A DNA stretch of 54,314 nt, counting the filler, from Sluysia triapertura (lineage: Eukaryota), in assembly GCA_046118255.1 (NCBI GenBank). It is 4 parts of 4 records of this genome, joined end to end, with 100 filler letters (N's around TTAATTAATTAA, not from the genome) between each part and the next. Parts side by side here need not be neighbours in the genome. Positions count along the whole stretch, not along the records: positions 40,138 to 54,314 come from JBJNIA010004113.1; 3 more parts are not named here. One strand, 5' to 3'. This document shows, one piece after another, positions 47,863 through 54,314 of this stretch. The translations under genes were made by a program, and so were the position numbers. Numbering within the stretch: position 1 is the stretch's first letter; every line of letters starts with the position of its first letter. The notes under the pieces were generated by a model, which was not told where the DNA came from, searched no databases, and saw nothing but the letters and a program-made list of their open reading frames with translations.

Positions 47863-48477
47863 GAAGTTATGATTCATGGCAAATATAAAGCGATCACTAT
47901 ATTTGCCTACTTAAGCAAGTCAGTTGTCATGCAATACGATTCCCATTTCGTAGATGGATCACCTGCCACGTGATTGTGAATGAACGAGTCACGTGCAGGA
48001 CATTTGAAAGGTGATGGACCAGATGTCAGAGTCAAAGATTTTGGACATGGAAATTCAAAACCTAAACAATGCATGATAACTCTAGATCATCTGAAACTTG
48101 AATATGCGATGTTCATATTGTTTCATACGTAATTATTATATACAATTTTATACTTAATCATGCAGTTAGTAGTTTATCTCGATGTATTATGAAGTGTTGT
48201 TTCTTTAGTAAATTCGTCAAGTGTGTTTTATACAAGAGTATACACATTTGTTTTTTCTTATTTGTAGTTGTAATCATAAAAGTCTACGTTTTCTATAATT
48301 TTAAATTTAACCTTTTAATAATTAATTGTGACCTTATTTTGGACACGAGGCACCACTATCTTTCAAATAACGGTGCATTCGATGTTTAATAAGTTAGATA
48401 GTCCTTCTTTGTGTTTATGCAAGTTAACTTACAGTCGTGTCCTACGCTTGATACTAATTAATTTTATTCATTACAAA

Positions 48478-49591
48478 TTATCAGGTATTTCTCGACCAGT
48501 GCTAGGACAACAGCTCCGAATCAAAGCCTTTGAATATATTCATTATATGACACATGCCGGAGCTAAGGCCACATAAGAAGTACTATGCTCAAAAGTAGTA
48601 TAGCCTTCAATGCGCCAAGACATCAAACACTGTTGTAAAGCCTGATTGACTTGTCAATCTGTGAAGATCCGTAAAATATAAAACCACAAACGTTTCCCTT
48701 TTCCACAAATGCAAATGGACATAGTCGTTCCACTACAACAATCTCGTTACATTTACATTTGCCTGAAGCGTTCCCAATTAGATCAATTCTAATCACAGAA
48801 TTCTAATCACAAACTGGATTTCACGCTTTGGTGTACCAAAAATAATAATAATCACAGATCAAGGAGCTCAATTCGAGTCTAGCCTTTTCAACAATTTACT
48901 CAAACAACTAGGCAGCGCTAGACTACGAACAACCTCATACCATCCACAATCTAACGGTATGATAGAGAGATTCCACAGAACTCTCACAAACTCCTTAATC
49001 ACACTATCAATACACCATAACTGGGTCGATGCACTACCCTTAATTTTACTAGGTTGGCGAAATATCCCTCACTCGTCAAATGGGTTTTCACCAGCTCAAA
49101 TAGTTTTAGGAACCAATACAATATTACCTTTCGAAGTAATCGAGAACGACAATCCTTCTGAAAGAACGTAATCACCACACTCCGCCAATACTTCAATGAA
49201 ATAAATAAAACAACATTTCACAATGAGAATCCTCATATTTATATTCCCAAAAATATTACAGGTAGTAAATTTGTATCGCTTAAGTTAGAAAATTCAAAAT
49301 CTCTTCAACTAAGATACACTGGTCCATATAAAGTCATCCAATTCCAGTCAAATAACAACGTTGCTTTAATTGATATTAATGGAAAATGTAAAACATTTAA
49401 CTGGTGTAAGCTTAAACCAGCTACAATTCTAGTTGAAGAAGATTCTCAAGCAACACCAATAAAGAAATCGGTAACCTTTAATAATACAGAAACTCTATTA
49501 AAACAACACGGTTTACACAAAATTTAATTGAACATTATAGACTTACTCTAATCTTAGCCATCCGTCGCTCCGCGTCTTCAAAGGGGGCTGA
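48478..49591 (+). mobile_element. Gypsy/Ty3 integrase pseudogene followed by a polypurine tract
   Basis: HHCC region (IHYMTHAGAKAT...KA*LTCQ), core NWISRFGVPKIIITDQGAQFES...TTSYHPQSNGMIERFHRTL, GPY motif (YTGPYKVI), and PPT AAAGGGGG at 49580-49587. Confidence 0.93.
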
Positions 49592-49900
49592 TGTGGTGGC
49601 CAACCTTTTCATTCAAAATTAAAAATCCTTATTTTACAGTAAATATCACAATTATCAACATTTTACACTTTACTTTCTCAAATCTATTCAAACCTTTTCA
49701 CATCTCTAAACATATAAATTCACAATTTTATAACATTAAAATCATACTTAAATTCAAAACAATTTATGTACATTCAAAATTTCATTTAAAAACTGTATTC
49801 ACTATCTTATCAGATTAGTATCACAATGTACATTTCCATTATCAAATATACATTTTAAAACTAATCCAAAACATTTCAAGTTCATAATCCTTAAATAATC
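49592..49900 (+). mobile_element. 3' LTR of the Gypsy element (end position uncertain)
   Basis: TGTGGTGGCCAACC begins just after the PPT (4-nt gap), the canonical position of a 3' LTR. Confidence 0.7.
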
Positions 49901-50317
49901 AATCAGTAATGTCATCGAAAAACACGAAATTAACATTTGAAACCATTTTAGACATTGCAATCAAATTGGCGTTTCTTTAACATCTTTAGTTACGTATTAT
50001 TTTCTTTAAACATTCTCTTTTCAACTCTTTCTACATTCAATATCTTGATAATCACTGAATGAAGTTTCTTTCAAAGAGTACAAGAATCAAAACTAATATT
50101 GCAAAATCATCTAGAGAAGTAAACGAAGTATCTTCATAGATAAAAGCAAAAAGAACCAAAATAATTTTATTCATCTTTTCAAAATAAAATTTTATTTAAG
50201 TTCAATTTTATTTATTTTTCAAAATAAAAGAATTTTAATTTAAGAAATTTGTGTAAAAGAATTTTAAGAATTAAATTAAAGAATTAAAGAATATGATTTA
50301 TGTGAAAATTTTTATAT

Positions 50318-50348
<31 letters not shown>

Positions 50349-50443
50349 TTTTATTCAACTACTTTATTATTATCACTGTTATCATTTTAGTTTATGTCGT
50401 AGTAGAGTAGTTTTGGCTGGTAACTAATTTTATATCATTTGCG

Positions 50444-50573
50444 TGTCATCAGTAGACAGCTTAATTAAAGTTAATTTAACATATCGTGTTTACTGTCTGC
50501 CGATGACAAACACTTATTGAAACGTCACAGTGACATCGTATTCAATAGTATGGTATGATTGGTCTCCCAATCA
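50444..50573 (+). promoter_or_regulatory. Putative promoter with three palindromes
   Basis: TGTCATCAGTAGACAG...CTGTCTGCCGATGACA (50444-50508), GTCAC-A-GTGAC (50524-50534) and TGATTGG-TCTC-CCAATCA (50556-50573, inverted CCAAT pair). They lie ~125-250 nt before ATG 50697. Confidence 0.4.
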
Positions 50574-50696
50574 ATTTTGATTTATAGTTTGGTTTGTGGC
50601 GGCCAGTGAAAACTAGATAATAATATAACACAGTTAAAAATTAAAAAAGATAAAAATTTAGTTTTTTAAAAACTTAATACTTGCCTTGCTGAATTA

Positions 50697-52200
50697 ATGA
50701 TTATTTACGATAACTCAATTATTGATAATGGTAATAATAATTTAAAATTAACTGAAATTCAAAACCGATGATTGATATCATTTTCAAGTAAAAATCGTAT
50801 TCAGATTTTAATGCCTCATTTAATACGTACTTTATTAATTGATATGGATTATCACACTCTTTGTTACTTACTGTCATTATTGAACAATTAATAATTTTAC
50901 ACGTCTGGAAAATAATACCTTTTGATTTTAATACTTGCGGATTAATAGACAAGCAAGATGCACGAAAGTTAATAAGGTTTATTCATTGTAAACCTCAATT
51001 AATAACGACCTTTAATAACACTCTGTTATTATTTGCATTACCTGTTACACAGTATTGTTTTGGAGAACAAAAAAGAATATTATATCAACAATATTCTTCA
51101 AAGCGTATCAAACGTTTATCTTATTCGTTGTCTTTCAGTGCACATCAATTTGTTATACATATTCACACTAAATCAGCTCAGCCATCAATAATTGCTTTTT
51201 CTTTTTCAGTTAAATCAACTACCCATTGGGGTTTTAATTCTTTAAACTGGTGTTCATTTATTTACATTGATGACACAAATGAATCTTCGATCGAATTTCG
51301 AGATTATTACGAAAACATGATTAAGTTATTTGAACAAATGAAGTTATTGTATTATAAAGAAGAAATGAATAGACATAAATCAATAAAACTTTTGTGGCAA
51401 CCAAGAAAATTTTCGTTAATTATTCCCAAATTACTACTTAGCAAATCATTAGACAAATATATCATGTTCAAAAGTCGTTCCTCATTATTCAACTTTAAAG
51501 TTACAAATTTATTTTCTTTAAGTGATCAAAATATTGATGATATAAAAAGAAATCTTAGTGAGATTCAATTAATATTTAATAATGAAGTTATGATGAAAAG
51601 TTCCCATGAGGATACTCTATGCCATAGTTCAAATGATAATAAGATTTATGATGTTTTTATAGAAAATGAGAGATTAAGTATTAAAAATCAAGTTCTGTTA
51701 TTGAAATTACAATATTTATATAATTATGCTAAAGATGTCAGAAACATATTAGTATTAAAGTTGATATACCATAACGCATTACACAGGCAAGTTATGTATC
51801 TAGAAAGTATTGTAAAAAAATGATTATATATTATACGTAAAACCAATGTTTAAACTTTCAAATTAATCATCCGGAATCGAAGAAAGCTCCAGAATCAGGA
51901 AATACTAGCGTTTCTCTACTAAACGATTTAGAGATCCGGCTGTTTATATGGAGTAATGTTGTGAAAATTTCACTTTTAGCATTTATCAAAAGAGGTTTTC
52001 AAACTGCTTCACCGTGGCTGAATACCGTCTATGGTCCTCAAATAAATGTTGGAAGACAATCCTGTTCCAAGTATAACTTTAAAGTAATTGATATTTTCTT
52101 AACTGCGTATCATGAATCTTATATTTATTGTGTATTTTTTAGGAACCTACAACTGGAAGTTCAGCAACCGTATCCGATAGTGGACAAAATTGAATCTAAA
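50697..52200 (+). pseudogene. Orphan gene with a 320-aa open core (50861-51823) and disabled ends
   Basis: The ATG 50697 frame is interrupted by TGA at 50769 and shifts into the long ORF near 50880. After 51823 the frame stays coding-like through several stops and a ~60-nt GT-AG intron (~52084-52142). No family recognised. Confidence 0.5.
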
Positions 52201-52429
52201 ACATTAATGTCAAAAACATTCATTATAAAATGTAAACTTGATGTTTTAAAAATAAAATTTCACGTTCTTATTTTGTTGTCCTTAACGAAATTTGTATAAA
52301 GTAAAAGTAAAAAAGATTTAAGATAAAATTTATTAAACATTTCTTTAACATCATAATGAAATTTTACAATTTTATGTTTGTTAATCTTAATTTACCATTT
52401 TAGATCGAATATATACATCATAATACTGA

Positions 52430-52748
52430 ATAAATCGTTACTGAATATAAATTTAAAATCCATGATGTGCATAATTGTGCCCGGGTGACGCGTGCCGACT
52501 TGTGCGCTACTGTGAGTTTTGGTTTGGGTAAGGAAGCTGATGGACCAATTTAATCTGTTTTGGAGACATATTTTTGTCTGTGACGTACGAAGAATGCTCC
52601 TTTTGCCCTCTTATTTTTTTACCATAATTATCGGGATCTTGAAGTAATTGACTGATTGTGCTTGCATCTCTGTAATGCGATGTCCTGTTTCTCTTATTCC
52701 CAAATTTTGTCCAATTTCAATAGACAATATTTGTTTCCTCTTTGGCAT
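52430..52748 (-). mobile_element. Tc3-like (Tc1/mariner) transposase N-terminal relic
   Basis: MPKRKQILSIEIGQNLGIRETGHRITEM / STISQLLQDPDNYGKKIRG / PKPKLTVAHKSARVTRA matches Tc3 MPRGSALS...YLKDPVSYG...PLLSADHKLKRLEFA. Has internal deletions and frameshifts. Confidence 0.75.
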
Positions 52749-54314
52749 CTTAAAATAATTTTATTTGTCAAAATTATTTAATTAAATACATAACTAACAA
52801 AAATTTATTTAAATAGAATATATATTAAGTAAAATTAATTACCTTTGATTGACTAATTAATTAATGTATTAAATTTTAGAATGGTGTTGTTATAATTTTA
52901 TCACATTTACAAATCACGTTATTTTTTAATTCAAATATGGCGCTGTAATTAGGTATTTATTTTAATAATATTTTACTTGTTGTTTTCATATTTGCTTCTA
53001 ATAACAACATCAGAAATAAATATTAATAATTAATTAAAATAATTAACAATTAATTATTTATCTGTCATCCACTGAATTTATTCTTTTACTTTATTTTAAT
53101 TCTTATCATTATTATTTTTGTTTTTATTACTAAATAATAAATATATCTATGATTATGGAGAAATTAAAAAACCGCTAAAATAAATTGTTAGGATGGTAAA
53201 TATAGCATTTTAGTAGTATTAGTAACACTGAAAAACAATTAAATATTTTTAATTGTACTGGAATTATAATTCAAATTCTCTGAATCTGCATATCTCATTA
53301 AAGAACTAATATATAAAATTTTTATAGTCCTGAAAGTATTCTAAAATATATTAGATACATTCTTTTCTTATTCATACTGATCATTTCGTTGTACACGGCC
53401 ATTCACTGCTTCTTCTAAAACTCGAATTCTAACTAAGAGAATTTATTTTTTCACTGGTCCTACTTTTGTTTTATCTATCCAATTTTTAAATAATCTGAGT
53501 TCTACTATTTTCACTAAAATAAACTCATCTAATTCAATAAAAGTCTTCGATCATCATTGTTCTGTTAAAATTGGAATAATTGTAAAAATTATAGTAAAAT
53601 GACAATTTCGTGTATTTGTCCATTGATTTTTACCACTAATTATTTCTGTGCTCCTAAATCATAATCGACAAAGAAATTCGGAAGATCATGTGATAACGCA
53701 GGGATCTGTATCAAAGTTTTCAAGTATTGTAATGTTTGAGCTTGCTGTAAAATTATTTCTTTAGATTGTAATAACTTAGAATATCATTGACGATTATTGG
53801 ACAATGAATCTACCTCTAATTTTGAATGCAATTTAAACATTAATCTAATTGAAATATCTTGAGTAGTTTTAGATTTATCTTAGGAAATTTTAACACATTG
53901 ATTCTTCGAGATAATTTAGAACATCGCGAAATAATTCAAATATTTCATCACTACCTTTATCACTCATTAAAAACCATCATTGGTAAGTATTAAATATCTC
54001 GAAACCTGTCAATATAATTTATGAAATTATAATTTGACAATAACTTTTTAAATAGCTTTTTATTATATAATTATATGAACGCTTCACAAAGCGTTAATTT
54101 CTAGTTCCATTAAAATCTTCTTTCGTTCACAAAATACTTTTAAAATTGAGGCCATATTCATTAGTTTTAAATGAAATTTTTGATTCTTTTAAAATTCTTT
54201 ATAAAAAGTGGCTTTAAGTTAATCATACAAACAAGCATTGCAATAATAAGTAAAGGATAATAAGAATACTAATATAATAATAATAATAATAATAATAACC
54301 TGCATTGCAATTGG

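Noticed and set aside
3625-50771. Alternative genetic code (TGA or TAA read as sense), suggested by many in-frame stops
   Set aside because: The stops replace different residues (TGA at Gly, Arg and Cys positions; TAA at Gln and Tyr positions) and co-occur with frameshifts. The intact ZF exon has none internally and ends in TAA. Ordinary decay explains this.
53330-54000. Minus-strand coding-like relic with a faint DENN-like look
   Set aside because: Too degraded to assign a frame or a family.
1-54314. Helitron-mediated capture as the source of the gene fragments; tRNA or rRNA genes; prokaryotic defence systems
   Set aside because: No Helitron 3' hairpin-CTRR end or Rep/helicase motif was found. 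No tRNA or rRNA signatures were seen, and the DNA is eukaryotic with spliceosomal introns.

Overview
Very AT-rich animal (metazoan) genomic DNA. It consists of four sequences (1-11381, 11482-24108, 24209-40037, 40138-54314) joined by artificial 100-nt N44-TTAATTAATTAA-N44 linkers, so adjacency across the linkers is not biological evidence. Most recognisable introns are tiny GT-AG introns of about 37-45 nt. Only one gene looks clearly intact: a 3-finger C2H2 zinc-finger gene on the minus strand. The rest is mostly decayed host-gene copies (RBFOX RRM, Rab3, SYCP1 N-terminus, GCN1 N-terminal quarter, several orphans) mixed with transposon relics (L2 LINE, Gypsy LTR elements, hAT-like and Tc3-like transposases, piggyBac-type ends and a MITE). 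The most notable observations are: (i) the SYCP1 N-terminal coiled coil joined in frame to GCN1 by a predicted 41-nt intron; (ii) an L2 LINE whose RT core is replaced by an antisense RBFOX-containing segment; (iii) a ~620-bp imperfect fold-back plus smaller hairpins; (iv) a 5-exon orphan gene broken by a single in-frame TGA; (v) a probable non-autonomous LTR family with unrecognised cargo. All protein identifications come from manual translation and remembered family motifs, not from database searches.
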